A stretch of DNA of 63,682 bases, counting the filler, from Octopus bimaculoides (Eukaryota): assembly GCF_001194135.2 (NCBI RefSeq). It is 5 parts of 5 records of this genome, joined end to end, with 100 filler letters (N's around TTAATTAATTAA, not from the genome) between each part and the next. Parts side by side here need not be neighbours in the genome. Positions count along the whole stretch, not along the records: positions 22,488 to 50,908 come from NC_068986.1; positions 51,009 to 55,821 come from NC_068982.1; 3 more parts are not named here. One strand, written 5' to 3'. Shown here one piece after another: positions 39,594 through 52,589 of this stretch. Numbering within the stretch: position 1 is the first letter of the stretch; each line of letters opens with the position of its first letter. Both the position numbers and the translations under genes were made by a program. Under the pieces are notes generated by a model. The model made no database searches. It saw only the letters and a program-made list of their open reading frames with translations, and had not been told where the DNA came from.

Positions 39594-40699
39594 TGTACTT
39601 ATAATAATAGATATCTTACATACGGGCAGTCTTCCACTTTTTCCATGCAAGGGTGGAGGAGTTAAGTTAGTACTCTACACACTATTATTTATAGCTCTAT
39701 TTACTTCGAGTTTGACCGTTAAAAATGATTTACTTCATATTTCTCGAACTTTCTATAAATCCTTATGAAGTAAAAAAAAAAAGCATACAATTCTCGCAAA
39801 GAGCAAAGCATCTAAAATGAATGAAGACAATTCAAAGGATTGTGTTATTGTAATGGTAGGACGTCTGTCATGTCTAGAGGAGCTGTGGGGGTCGAACCCT
39901 ATAAGCAATTATTTAGCTTTTATTGTTAGCTTTATCTACTTCAAGTTACACCGTTTAAAACAATTTATATCGCAATTACCCTTTTCCTCTAATGGTAAAA
40001 GTCACAGCTTTTCCCTCCTATCGTAATAGACCACAATACATAATGTTCCATTCTCTCAAGCGACCTTAGAATTTAGATTTTGATTTGAAAATCTCCAATA
40101 ATTGAACTACTTCATTGCTTTGAGTTAATCAATACTGGAAAATTGTTTCTATTCTTTTTCTTCTAATTTATAAATTCAGTTACAAAAAATAAAAACAACA
40201 ATGAATTAGATGTAATTAAATATAAAACTACAAAAGTGAATATATTAGTTGTTTTAATCTAGTTTTCTGCGACATTTGTTCTTTCAGCAACCCACTTGCC
40301 ATAATTGAACTCAACGTTCATATATATCTAACTGCACCGACACTAGAAATGTCACCATAGCAATAATATAACATAATAACGACATAATGAAATGTTTCTC
40401 TTGACAAGTTAAGATAAACTAATATGATTAACAAATACAGAACGAATATGAAAAGACATTTCATTGCCAACGTTTGACTTAATAGCAAATTAACACATTG
40501 ATTTAGAAATAAATATTCATATAAGCAAATATAAAATTAGATGAGAAAGAAAACAAATGGATATTTTTATGAAGAAATTCGCATCCCTTAAAGAAATAAT
40601 TCCTACGTTAAGTAGTTCAAGATTGAAAATTTGTTTTCTTTTTCTGTCTCATGAAAGAAAGCAGCAAAGGACAGGGGAAATATAGCCTTTTTCATTTAT

Positions 40700-40870
40700 C
40701 TTTTACATGTTTCAGTCTTTGAACTGCAGCCATGCCGGAGCATCGCTCCGAAGGGTTTAATAGAATAAATCAAAAGCAGTCACATATTTTTATAAACCCT
40801 GGTAATTATATTCTACCGGTTTCTTATGCCAAATTCCTTAGTTATGGGGACATAAACAAACGAACGCAAA
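40700..40870 (-). mobile_element. SINE family 1, old 3' module
   Basis: ttttacatgtttcagtctttgaactgcagccatgccggagcatcgc. Confidence 0.75.
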
Positions 40871-40918
40871 GACACGCACTTATACATACACACACATTAT
40901 ATATATACATACATATAC

Positions 40919-40962
<44 letters not shown>

Positions 40963-41604
40963 ATATATCATTTTGTGTCTATGCGCGTGTGTGTGTGTAA
41001 TAATAGGATCTGACGATCTAAGTGTAATAAGTTTGTAAGCTACGACCAGTCCGTTGTAGGTATAAAGAAAAAAACAACGTTCAGGAACAATAATAATTTC
41101 TTGGTAAGGGTTGTAGGCTTTTCCTATATCGAGGTTCCGTAAGCTGAAAAAAAATTTTCAGATCATATCTTCGGCGACTTAACTTGGAATTTTTTAACGG
41201 CAATGTATCCTTCATATAACTGAGGTATACTCAACCAGATGAGTAGCTAGCTGATTACACCCCATTGAATAATTATTACAGGAGATGATTTACTAGCTAG
41301 GGAACATATGTAGCCTGGATCTTACCTGCTCCATTCCCTCAATTTGATATATATATATATATATATATATTTTATGTATTTATTTTCTCTTAGTTAATAA
41401 TTAACTCCGACAAAATAGATTGGTTAATAGATACCGGGGTAGCAAAGATCACAAAATGACTGTGGTGTAACTCCTGTTTATGAGATAGAAACTCCCTGTT
41501 ATTTTGGGTATTTGAGTAAATATAAAATTCAATAAATGGAGTAAGAATTCATCTAACATATGCGTATTACTCCATTTATTAAATGTTATATATATATATA
41601 TATA

Positions 41605-41770
41605 TAGGACGGAATTATTTTCAATTTCCGTCAACCAAATCTACTCGTGAGAATGTAGTCGGCTTGGGACTAAAGTAGAAGATACTTCCCTATGGTGTCA
41701 TTCAGTTGGAATGAACTCGGAACCATGTTGCTTTTGATGGAAAGCAAACTTGTTACCACACAGCCACTTA
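41605..41770 (-). mobile_element. SINE family 1, old head
   Basis: ttttcaatttccgtcaaccaaatctactc...gaactcggaaccatg...ttaccacacagccac. Confidence 0.8.
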
Positions 41771-42604
41771 TGTTTAGGAATTCTATATAAAGAAGTAAAT
41801 TTAAAGATGTTTACCCCATTTTGTTAGTAAGAAACGATAAAACAGTTGTATTTGACAGAAATATTTGACATTTACTGAACGGCAAATATCTATGCGATTG
41901 TAGTAGTGGTTTTCTACTGATATATAAGTCAATAACCCCCAATAATTTTATATCTTCAACCAATCTCAAATATTTACAATAGAAAACTACAAACTTACTA
42001 ACGCCATCTCTTAGCTCAATTCTCTAATCAGCTTTACTAAATCCTAAATATTTCTGAAGCCAACGTTATTAGCCGACTTCGACTTAACATTCATCTGACA
42101 GACGATAATATCAGCTTGAGACGATGATCGTTCCGATAATGCATTGAATTGAAATAAACAGCTATATATATATATATATAACATATATATATATATATAT
42201 ATATAAACAGGTATATATATATAACATATATATNNNNNNNNNNNNNNNNNNNNNNNNNNNNNNNNNNNNNNNNNNNNNNNNNNNNNNNNNNNNNNNNNNN
42301 NNNNNNNNNNNNNNNNNNNNNNNNNNNNNNNNNNNNNNNNNNNNNNNNNNNNNNNNNNNNNNNNNNNNNNNNNNNNNNNNNNNNNNNNNNNNNNNNNNNN
42401 NNNNNNNNNNNNNNNNNNNNNNNNNNNNNNNNNNNNNNNNNNNNNNNNNNNNNNNNNNNNNNNNNNNNNNNNNNNNNNNNNNNNNNNNNNNNNNNNNNNN
42501 NNNNNNNNNNNNNNNNNNNTATATTCAAATGAACATATTTATCTTCTTCAATATATATTTCAGTATAAAGAATTCATTAAGAGAATTCATTTTGTTGGTA
42601 GTTA

Positions 42605-42639
<35 letters not shown>

Positions 42640-42736
42640 CATATGTGTGTATGTATGCGTGTGTATTGGTACTCACTGACGCATTAAAATTCGCCTATAA
42701 TCATACAAATATATATGTTCGATGGTTATTTTCCAG

Positions 42737-42851
42737 ATGTCTACTGCCTCACGAGTCTCGCTACAAGTTCTGGAGTCGAATGTGAATTTACTGGAAGAAT
42801 GTAGAGAAATATCTGATCAAAAAATAGCGCTTCGGGTTGTCGTCATATTCT
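42737..42851 (+). CDS. Candidate small exon, unknown product (MSTASRVSLQVLESNVNLLEECREISDQKIALRVVVIF)
   Basis: Acceptor ttattttccag, donor ttct|gtaagt, only one frame open. No homology recognised. Confidence 0.2.
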
Positions 42852-43143
42852 GTAAGTCTTGCACAGGAAGTACTCTGTTTCTCCTATTGTATACAGATAA
42901 AAAAGGGCTACCACTGAAGTAAAGGAATAAAGGATATTTTAGAGGTGGAGACAGAATTCGTGCATGTATGTATGTATGTATGGAATTATGGATGGATGGA
43001 TTGTTGGATGAATGGAGGGAGGGTGAATAAAGATATGTACAGTTCGATAAATGTATGAATGTGTGTTTGTATATATGTGTGTATACACAAGTATATATAT
43101 ATTATATATATACGTAAAAATATATAATATATCCATATGTATA

Positions 43144-43183
<40 letters not shown>

Positions 43184-45816
43184 NNNNNNNNNNNNNNNNN
43201 NNNNNNNNNNNNNNNNNNNNNNNNNNNNNNNNNNNNNNNNNNNNNNNNNNNNNNNNNNNNNNNNNNNNNNNNNNNNNNNNNNNNNNNNNNNNNNNNNNNN
43301 NNNNNNNNNNNNNNNNNNNNNNNNNNNNNNNNNNNNNNNNNNNNNNNNNNNNNNNNNNNNNNNNNNNNNNNNNNNNNNNNNNNNNNNNNNNNNNNNNNNN
43401 NNNNNNNNNNNNNNNNNNNNNNNNNNNNNNNNNNNNNNNNNNNNNNNNNNNNNNNNNNNNNNNNNNNNNNNNNNNNNNNNNNNNNNNNNNNNNNNNNNNN
43501 NNNNNNNNNNNNNNNNNNNNNNNNNNNNNNNNNNNNNNNNNNNNNNNNNNNNNNNNNNNNNNNNNNNNNNNNNNNNNNNNNNNNNNNNNNNNNNNNNNNN
43601 NNNNNNNNNNNNNNNNNNNNNNNNNNNNNNNNNNNNNNNNNNNNNNNNNNNNNNNNNNNNNNNNNNNNNNNNNNNNNNNNNNNNNNNNNNNNNNNNNNNN
43701 NNNNNNNNNNNNNNNNNNNNNNNNNNNNNNNNNNNNNNNNNNNNNNNNNNNNNNNNNNNNNNNNNNNNNNNNNNNNNNNNNNNNNNNNNNNNNNNNNNNN
43801 NNNNNNNNNNNNNNNNNNNNNNNNNNNNNNNNNNATATATATATATATGCTATACCGTTTGATTCTCTAAATCCAACCTTTCTACTACTCCTTCAGAAGC
43901 ATATACATATGTGTCTATGCGTGAGTGTATGTGTGTATGTATGTGTGTGTGCTTGTGTACTTGACTTTATGCGTGTTGATGTATGTAATATATGTATGCA
44001 TGTATCCAGAAGCGTGTATGGACGGCCACATATAATATGACTTCTGTGCATTGAACTAGTAAATGAAATTTATAAAGATACGTATAACACATACATAAGT
44101 GAACGCAGGTAGAAATGTTGTATAGAGAAAGAAAAGACAGGGTGCTTTGTCAAGAGAGTGGGAAAATGAACTAGAGTACTACAAATTTGATTGGCCTTGT
44201 ACATGCCGTAGGGAATGAATTGGAAATTGTGTTAAAATAGGAAATAATAGTTGTAATACAAGCTGGTAAGTTGAAATATGCAGTGCGTGGTTAGAGACTG
44301 TGATGATGGAATTTTATTGAAAATTAATTCCCGTGAAGCCCAGAGTGCTGTTTCTGAGTAGAAAACGTACAGAGTGAGAAATGAAGAGAGAGAGAGAGAG
44401 AGAGAGGGAGAAAGAGACAGAGATGTATAGATGGAAGGATGAGTGAGTGAGTGAGTGAGAGAGAGAGAAATGGAGAAAGTGATGGAGGGCGAAAAAAAGA
44501 AAGGGATGTAGAATAAAAGAAAGGTATTGAGAGAATAATTGAAACGGAGTTAATAGAAGATATGAGAGAACATATATTGTATGCGTAAGATTAATGGAAA
44601 GAAGAGAAGGCAGGGAGAATAAAAGCGTAAAGTAGATGGGAACAGCCTGGCTGAGTAAGGTGTAATTAATATTGAGAGGAGTGGGGAGAAAAGGAGAGAA
44701 GAAGAGGGAGAAAGAGAGAGAGAGATTGAATTTAATGTATTATTTAATCTTTTTTTTACTCACACTTTCTTTTCAAGGAAACACGTGTAGGAAATGTAAC
44801 CGAGTGAAAGAAAGAGACAGGAATAAAATGAGAGGGAGAAAGAGATAGGGTGAGGGAAAGTTCAAGGAGATAGAGAGAGATGAATCTTAAAGGTCAGTGA
44901 GGGTGGGAGAAGGGTACATGGAGAAAAATTTGATTGAAAGGGAATGGGAGAAATAAAGGGGCAAACCAAGTAATTAAAAAAAGTGGGAGTGGAATTTCGA
45001 TAAGATTTCAATGATATAGAGGTGTAGGTGAAATGATCGATGAATAGGAAATAGAAGAATGAGAGAGAAGGAGAGTTAGATATGAATTAAAGTGAGAAGC
45101 ATGACAATGAAAGTACATTCCAAAAGAGGGGGGGTAGGAATGAATAAAATTGTAAAGGAACCAATAGTGAATTTTGTGAAGTGTGGGCAGATATATGAGT
45201 ATTAACAGAGTTTGAATAATAAAGTTATACTTTACAAAATAGACAGGAAAATGAGAGATTGAAAATACATGAAGATATATCAGGAAGAAATTACTAAAGG
45301 AAAACACAGAAAGTGGGTGTATTGATGTGAAATAGAGTAAGACATAGAGAAAATATTGTTGATATAATTGTTAAAAGCGTTAAGTGGAATAATGAATTCT
45401 GTGACCCAATGCCTTTCTTTCAAAGAGAATTGTTCTCAGATGGGAATATTCTTTTCTCTGAGCAACAAGTTAGCGATTGCCATTGTGTTGCTATTTTTCG
45501 CAGAAGAATCAAATTAAGGAACGCCATTTTCGTAATTAGGTGTAAAACACTGAGTTCAAGGCTAGTTAAGAATTGGTAACTCAATTGCCTTTCAATTGTA
45601 TGAAGTTGATAAGCATGAATCATAGAGAATACGGTGGACTCAATCAAGAAATAGGTCAACGGTTATTATTTCAGTTTAGCTTCATTGGAATACAGAAAAT
45701 AAAGAATAATAATCACACATTTTCTGCATGTAAGCTGGGAAGATGTGTCTTCAAAATACAAATATTAAGGAAATTCAACATACTACTACTATTACTATTA
45801 CTACTACTACTAATAC

Positions 45817-45850
<34 letters not shown>

Positions 45851-45851
<1 letters not shown>

Positions 45852-46028
45852 TAACATACAGAAAATTGCACTACTGGGCACTGCACACATCCTACGCAAA
45901 ATACATTCAATACAGTAACCATAAGAGCATCACAGCAAACCACAGCACATACCCAAGGCACACAGAGCTGCGCTCGGTAATGAAGTGAAAGCACGTTATA
46001 AAAATAAAACTACAGAATAATAATAATA

Positions 46029-46099
<71 letters not shown>

Positions 46100-46307
46100 T
46101 CAAATACATAACAAAAACACCAGGACTTACAAATATATATAACATACAGAAAATTGCACTACTGGGTACTGNNNNNNNNNNNNNNNNNNNNNNNNNNNNN
46201 NNNNNNNNNNNNNNNNNNNNNNNNNNNNNNNNNNNNNNNNNNNNNNNNNNNNNNNNNNNNNNNNNNNNNNNNNNNNNNNNNNNNNNNNNNNNNNNNNNNN
46301 NNNNNNN

Positions 46308-46342
<35 letters not shown>

Positions 46343-46685
46343 GACGACAAAATTTCTTTAAAAGATATGGACAAACTTTCAAAATACAAACACCTGGAAA
46401 TAGAGGTAACTCGAATGTGGAATCTAAAAACAAAAACAATTCCTATCATTGTGGGTGCATTAGGTATCATATAAAAATATTCAGATAAATACATAACAAA
46501 AACACTAGGATTTACAAATATATAAAACATACACATACTAGGCATGCTAGGCACTGCACACATCCTACGTAAAACAATTTCAATACAGTAACCATAAGAG
46601 TATCACAACAAACCACAGCACATACCCAAGGCACACAGAGCTGCGCTCGGTAGTGAAGTGAAAGCACGTTATAAAAATAAAACTA

Positions 46686-46736
<51 letters not shown>

Positions 46737-46937
46737 TCAAATACATAACAAAAACACCAGGACTTACAAATATATATAACATACAGAAAATTGCACTACT
46801 GGGTACTGCACACATTCTACGCAAAACACTTTCAATACAGTAACCATAAGAGCATCACAACAAACCACAGCACATACCCAAGGCACACAGAGCTGCGCTC
46901 GGTAGTGAAGTGAAAGCACGTTATAAAAATAAAACTA

Positions 46938-47013
<76 letters not shown>

Positions 47014-47361
47014 GACGACAAAATTTCTTTAAAAGATATGGACAAACTTTCAAAATACAAACACCTGGAAATAGAGGTAACTCGAATGTGGAATCTAAAA
47101 ACAAAAACAATTCCTATCATTGTGGGTGCATTAGGTATCATATAAAAATATTCAGATAAATACATAACAAAAACACNNNNNNNNNNNNAAATATATAAAA
47201 CATACACATACTAGGCATGCTAGGCACTGCACACATCCTACGTAAAACAATTTCAATACAGTAACCATAAGAGTATCACAACAAACCACAGCACATACCC
47301 AAGGCACACAGAGCCGCGCTCAGTAGTGCAGTTAAAGCACGTGAGAAAAATAAAACTACTG
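45851..47361 (+). mobile_element. Tandem stack of five R4/Dong-like 3' ends separated by (TAA)n
   Basis: Copies at 45851-46015, 46100-gap, 46341-46688, 46737-46940 and 47012-47361. Translation TDDKISLKDMDKLSKYKHLEIEVTRMWNLKTKTIPIIVGALGII; shared 3' UTR ...gagctgcgctcggtagtgaagtgaaagcacgttataaaaataaaactactgaataa. Confidence 0.93.
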
Positions 47362-47448
47362 AATAATAATAATAATAATAATAATAGGCACTCTTCTTTT
47401 TAATTTTGACTCTATATCTTCAGGAGGAGTTACCTCAATCCTTTCTAT

Positions 47449-47510
<62 letters not shown>

Positions 47511-48635
47511 TGATGATGATGATGATGATGATAATGCCACTACTGTTGCTGTTGCGGTTGTTCCTTCTACTGCTGCTACTGGTATAACTTTTAATCTCAC
47601 CCCCATATACAGCTTGTGTCAACATTTCTCCCTATTATCTCTGTTCTGCGGGCATGGACTTATAGTTCTTCTTGGAGGTTATTAATTTCTTACCTTTGCT
47701 ATACTACACAATGCTGAAAGAGAGCCCACTGAGAGAAGAGAGGAACAGAATGTCTGTGAATTGCAACAAATGTCAAGTTANNNNNNNNNNNNNNNNNNNN
47801 NNNNNNNNNNNNNNNNNNNNNNNNNNNNNNNNNNNNNNNNNNNNNNNNNNNNNNNNNNNNNNNNNNNNNNNNNNNNNNNNNNNNNNNNNNNNNNNNNNNN
47901 NNNNNNNNNNNNNNNNNNNNNNNNNNNNNNNNNNNNNNNNNNNNNNNNNNNNNNNNNNNNNNNNNNNNNNNNNNNNNNNNNNNNNNNNNNNNNNNNNNNN
48001 NNNNNNNNNNNNNNNNNNNNNNNNNNNNNNNNNNNNNNNNNNNNNNNNNNNNNNNNNNNNNNNNNNNNNNNNNNNNNNNNNNNNNNNNNNNNNNNNNNNN
48101 NNNNNNNNNNNNNNNNNNNNNNNNNNNNNNNNNNNNNNNNNNNNNNNNNNNNNNNNNNNNNNNNNNNNNNNNNNNNNNNNNNNNNNNNNNNNNNNNNNNN
48201 NNNNNNNNNNNNNNNNNNNNNNNNNNNNNNNNNNNNNNNNNNNNNNNNNNNNNNNNNNNNNNNNNNNNNNNNNNNNNNNNNNNNNNNNNNNNNNNNNNNN
48301 NNNNNNNNNNNNNNNNNNNNNNNNNNNNNNNNNNNNNNNNNNNNNNNNNNNNNNNNNNNNNNNNNNNNNNNNNNNNNNNNNNNNNNNNNNNNNNNNNNNN
48401 NNNNNNNNNNNNNNNNNNNNNNNNNNNNNNNNNNNNNNNNNNNNNNNNNNNNNNNNNNNNNNNNNNNNNNNNNNNNNNNNNNNNNNNNNNNNNNNNNNNN
48501 NNNNNNNNNNNNNNNNNNNNNNNNNNNNNNNNNNNNNNNNNNNNNNNNNNNNNNNNNNNNNNNNNNNNNNNNNNNNNNNNNNNNNNNNNNNNNNNNNNNN
48601 NNNNNNNNNNNNNNNNNNNNNNNNNNNNNNNNNNN

Positions 48636-48706
<71 letters not shown>

Positions 48707-48707
48707 A

Positions 48708-48972
48708 AGGTGCATGGCACAGTGGTTAGTGCTTCGAGCTTACGATCATGAGGTTTTGAATTCAAATCCTGGACCGGCCTGCGTGTTGTGTTCTTAAGCA
48801 AGACATTTTATTTCACGTTGCTCCAGTTCACTCAGCTGTAGAAATGAGTTGCAACGTCACAGGTGCTAAGCTCTATCGGCCTTCGCCTTCCCTTGGATAA
48901 CACTGGTGGCGTGGAGAGGGGAGGTATGCATTGGCGACTGCTGGTCTTCCATAAACAACCTTGCCCTGACTC
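48708..48972 (+). mobile_element. SINE family 3 (tRNA head plus V/CORE-like domain)
   Basis: ggtgcatggcacagtggttagtgc...gaattcaaatcctgg then gttgtgttcttaagcaagacattttatttcacgttgctccagttcactcagctgtagaaatgagt. Confidence 0.8.
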
Positions 48973-49086
48973 GCGTTATAATACTAATACATCTGTTCGT
49001 TCTCTACACCACCTGTTTTCGTCTTATGTCTTTTTTTTTTGTAAATTCTCCCTATATATATATATATATATATATANNNNNNNNNN

Positions 49087-49144
<58 letters not shown>

Positions 49145-51213
49145 ATATATTTGTATTGGGGTGTTGTTTACATTGCTTTTGCGGCTTAACTCCAAATCTA
49201 TAATGATTCAGCAGAAAATGATAAAATTTCCTTATAACCGTGACCACCCCATCTATCCTTTTATTTCAGTGTGATCATATCTGCTTTTTTGATAGGTACA
49301 TGAATTTTGAGGAAATGTTTGTGTTATTTCTGTTTGGGCTTGTGACACAGTAGGAGCTCCGTTGTTGGTTCACAATGTTTAAAATTGTAAATACGATTCA
49401 TTGGAAAGGAAAATAGCAGTAAATGCATGAAATTAAGTAAGACCATGAACGCGAAAATGAATATCTCTCGCCTTTGGTAGAAATAATTCTCTTATTTGCT
49501 CTCCGTTTTATTTTCAAATCAAGAAAGCTCAATTTATACTCCCATATCTAGAAGGATACTGCTGCTACACACACAAATTATTTCGTGTTTAAAAGAATAT
49601 TCGATTGATAGGTAAACTCTTACAATACAGCTATGAGCTCAGTTCAAATATGCAGTTAATTTCTCACTCTCGCCTGTATTACTACGACAGCATATTCTGT
49701 TTATTGATTAATCAGAGGAAGAAGGGTAGCGTTCATAAAATTTTTCAGGATCTCATAGACTGGCGACGGGGAAGGTGGAAGTCTCATTCATTTATTTATT
49801 TATTCCTTTATCCATTTAACTGGACGACTTGGCTGTTAGACTGGAGACGGGTTTGGCCTACCAATGAATATCTGGAATGGACCACTTCATGTGTTCTCAT
49901 ACAGTCTTCGTCTGCAAATTTTATGTTCCGGGCTTTGGACTTCTAATGGCTGTTACAGAAAGTACTTAACCAAAAACATTGTACTGAGATTGTTCCTGAA
50001 GCCACATAGACTCGAAACGAATTTGTTACGCAAGCGCTTATAAAATAGTATGTTTCGCCTTTTAATCAACACAGTCGACACACCTCTTGTCTAAAATCTT
50101 ACAATTATCGACTGCCGTATCTCGCAATATATACTTTATTCAAACGTTCCCCCATGAAGATTCAACACTACCGAATCTCCCTCTACCCACATTTTCCTGA
50201 ATAGATGTCTGAATAGTTTAGAAGTCTTCAGAGGTCATGAGTGCTGATCTTCTGTCTCCTTAAACAATTAATACAAAAATCATTTAACATTCTTAAACCT
50301 CACAATGATAGAATTAACAATGTGGAATTTATTCTTCATTAATCAAGTCTAGAAAAATAACCAATGCAATTCGATTTTGTATTTGTTTGCAAGATTCCTG
50401 TTTGGAATTCGTGTCGTGTATCAAATCATATTACGTCTGGGAGCGGGGAAACATTACATCAATGACTATAACACCACTGCGCCTGTTCTCATTACAGGAG
50501 CAACGACCCTCCAAGACATTAGAAATAACCATTATGTTGTTATGAAAGAAAATGTAAGCACTGGATGATGAAATAGTACTTTTCAATGAATAAAGGAAAG
50601 TTTTGTGAGAGTAGCGTCAAATCTATGAGGCATGCAACCTTCTTATATAGAAACACCTATGCAAGCGTAGGTTACTTGTCTTCGGAATTTAGACTAGTAA
50701 AGCTGATTTTAAAAGGACAGCAATCTGAACGATATGAAAGGAAATCTATCAACAAATAATTAAATTACTTCAAGATATCGTATCTCAATATCTACCAATA
50801 TGTATGTATGAGTCGATGGATTGGTGGATGTATCTATGTATAAACATATATGTGTTCATACACCCAGACACATATACAAATTGTGTATATATATATATAT
50901 ATATATATNNNNNNNNNNNNNNNNNNNNNNNNNNNNNNNNNNNNNNNNNNNNTTAATTAATTAANNNNNNNNNNNNNNNNNNNNNNNNNNNNNNNNNNNN
51001 NNNNNNNNGGAAGAGAGAGAGAGAGAGAGAGAAAGAGACAGAGGTAGGAAGAGAGAAAGAGAGAGAAAGAGAAAGAAAGAGAGAGAAAGAGACAGAGGTG
51101 GGAGGGAGAGAGAGGGAGACACAGGAGGAGGAGGAGGAGGAGAGCGAAACAGAGAAAATGACATGTAGAAAGTAGTGGGAGCAGAATGCATAAGTTTGTG
51201 TTCCTATGTATAT

Positions 51214-51284
<71 letters not shown>

Positions 51285-51824
51285 ATAGTAGCAGCAGCAG
51301 CAGCAACAAGACAAGAAGATCAATGACAGAGAACTAACGTTGGAAGAAAACCAGAAGCAGAGGACGTGTGTGCGTGCGCGCTCACAAGGGCGAGTGAACG
51401 TGTATGCGTTTGTGTGTATATGTGTGTATGTGTGAGTGTGTACGTGTGTGTGTGTGTACGTGCGTGATCTTGCATAAAGGTATTTGATTCTGTAGATGCA
51501 ATATATGTTTCTATGTAAATGTGTAAGGGAGAAAAGAGGGAGGAGAGTGGGGGAGAGTGAGAGAGCAAAAAAGAAAGACAGACAGAGAGAGAGAGAGATG
51601 GGGGTGAAAGAGACAGATAAGGGAAAAATGAGGGACAGAACGGAAGGTGAAAAGTAACCGGAAAGAGTACGCGAATGTGAGCGCATGCATGAGAGTGTGT
51701 TAAATAATTCTGCGCGTGCGCCTGTGCGTCCGTGTGTGGACGGGATTCTGTATAAATGTGTGTATTTCTACGTCTACATTTGTGGTAGTAGAGGCAAATA
51801 CAGAGCTTGACAGGAGAGGGAGAT

Positions 51825-51855
<31 letters not shown>

Positions 51856-51954
51856 GAGAGGGGGAGAAATAGAGAGAAACAGAGAGAACTACACAATGAA
51901 TGGTGGTAGTAAAATGTCAATCCCGTTGACATTAGTGTTTCGAGTCTTAGGATT

Positions 51955-52235
51955 CACCGAGCTGGTTACCCGGTTTCTATAGCGTCTAAATGTCCGAGAT
52001 CATAAGATTCCCCCTGCACGGGACTCCAAACCACTCCAGTGTTATCCATTTACAACTGAGAGAACTGGAGCGACGTGAAATGAAGAACATAACGCACCAC
52101 CGTTCCTGGCATCGAAACCTCGATCTTTCGAGCGAAAACTTGATCTTTCGAGCGAAACCACGATTTGAAACCTTGATCTTTCGTTCGTGGATGCAGCACC
52201 CAAACCACTAGGTTACACGCCTTCCCGAGTAAAAT
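51955..52235 (-). mobile_element. SINE family 3 relative with an internally triplicated T-arm region
   Basis: Minus strand: aggcgtgtaacctagtggtttgggtgctgc...catttcacgtcgctccagttctctcagttgtaaatgg...gacgctatagaaaccgggtaacc. Confidence 0.75.
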
Positions 52236-52239
52236 TACG

Positions 52240-52480
52240 AAGAGTAGGAAACGCTATGTGTGAAATGCATAGCAAATGAGCCATACTGGATTCAGCGATA
52301 AGTCCACAGTTTCCGACCTTTATTCAAAGCACAGTTCATTGCTCCTCTCCTCCCCACATGATTCTTAAGTCCTTCCAATTCTAGAGCCATCCTTTTATGT
52401 ATCAACTCTATATTGCCTTCTAATGGTACCGTCAGTTCAACAATCAAAGCCCGTTCTTGTGTATGTAGCCAGATCATAAC
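52240..52480 (-). mobile_element. HERO-like non-LTR retrotransposon RLE fragment
   Basis: MIWLHTQERALIVELTVPLEGNIELIHKR resembles the DIVLWS...IVELTVPWE.NI..AHERK motif. After a frameshift, VGNCGLIAES resembles EVGCRGFVA.S. Confidence 0.7.
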
Positions 52481-52589
52481 ATAACGTCATAAAATTGTAG
52501 AACATTTTGAGGAAAATTAATACGTTCATACATGCACATACATACATACATACATACATACATACATACATACATACATACATGGCCAT

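Noticed and set aside
45851-47361. CRISPR-like repeat-spacer appearance of regularly spaced repeats
   Set aside because: The repeats are LINE 3' ends and the spacers are (TAA)n; eukaryotic context with no cas genes.
47693-47752. Minus-strand 60-bp exon candidate TFCSSLLSVGSLSALCSIAK with AAG|gtaaga donor
   Set aside because: The acceptor is ambiguous, there is no homology and it lies next to a large gap.
49830-50040. Stop-free frame containing CSGLWTSNGC, resembling a GPCR GPS motif
   Set aside because: It lacks the downstream CxCxHLTxF and there is no supporting exon structure.
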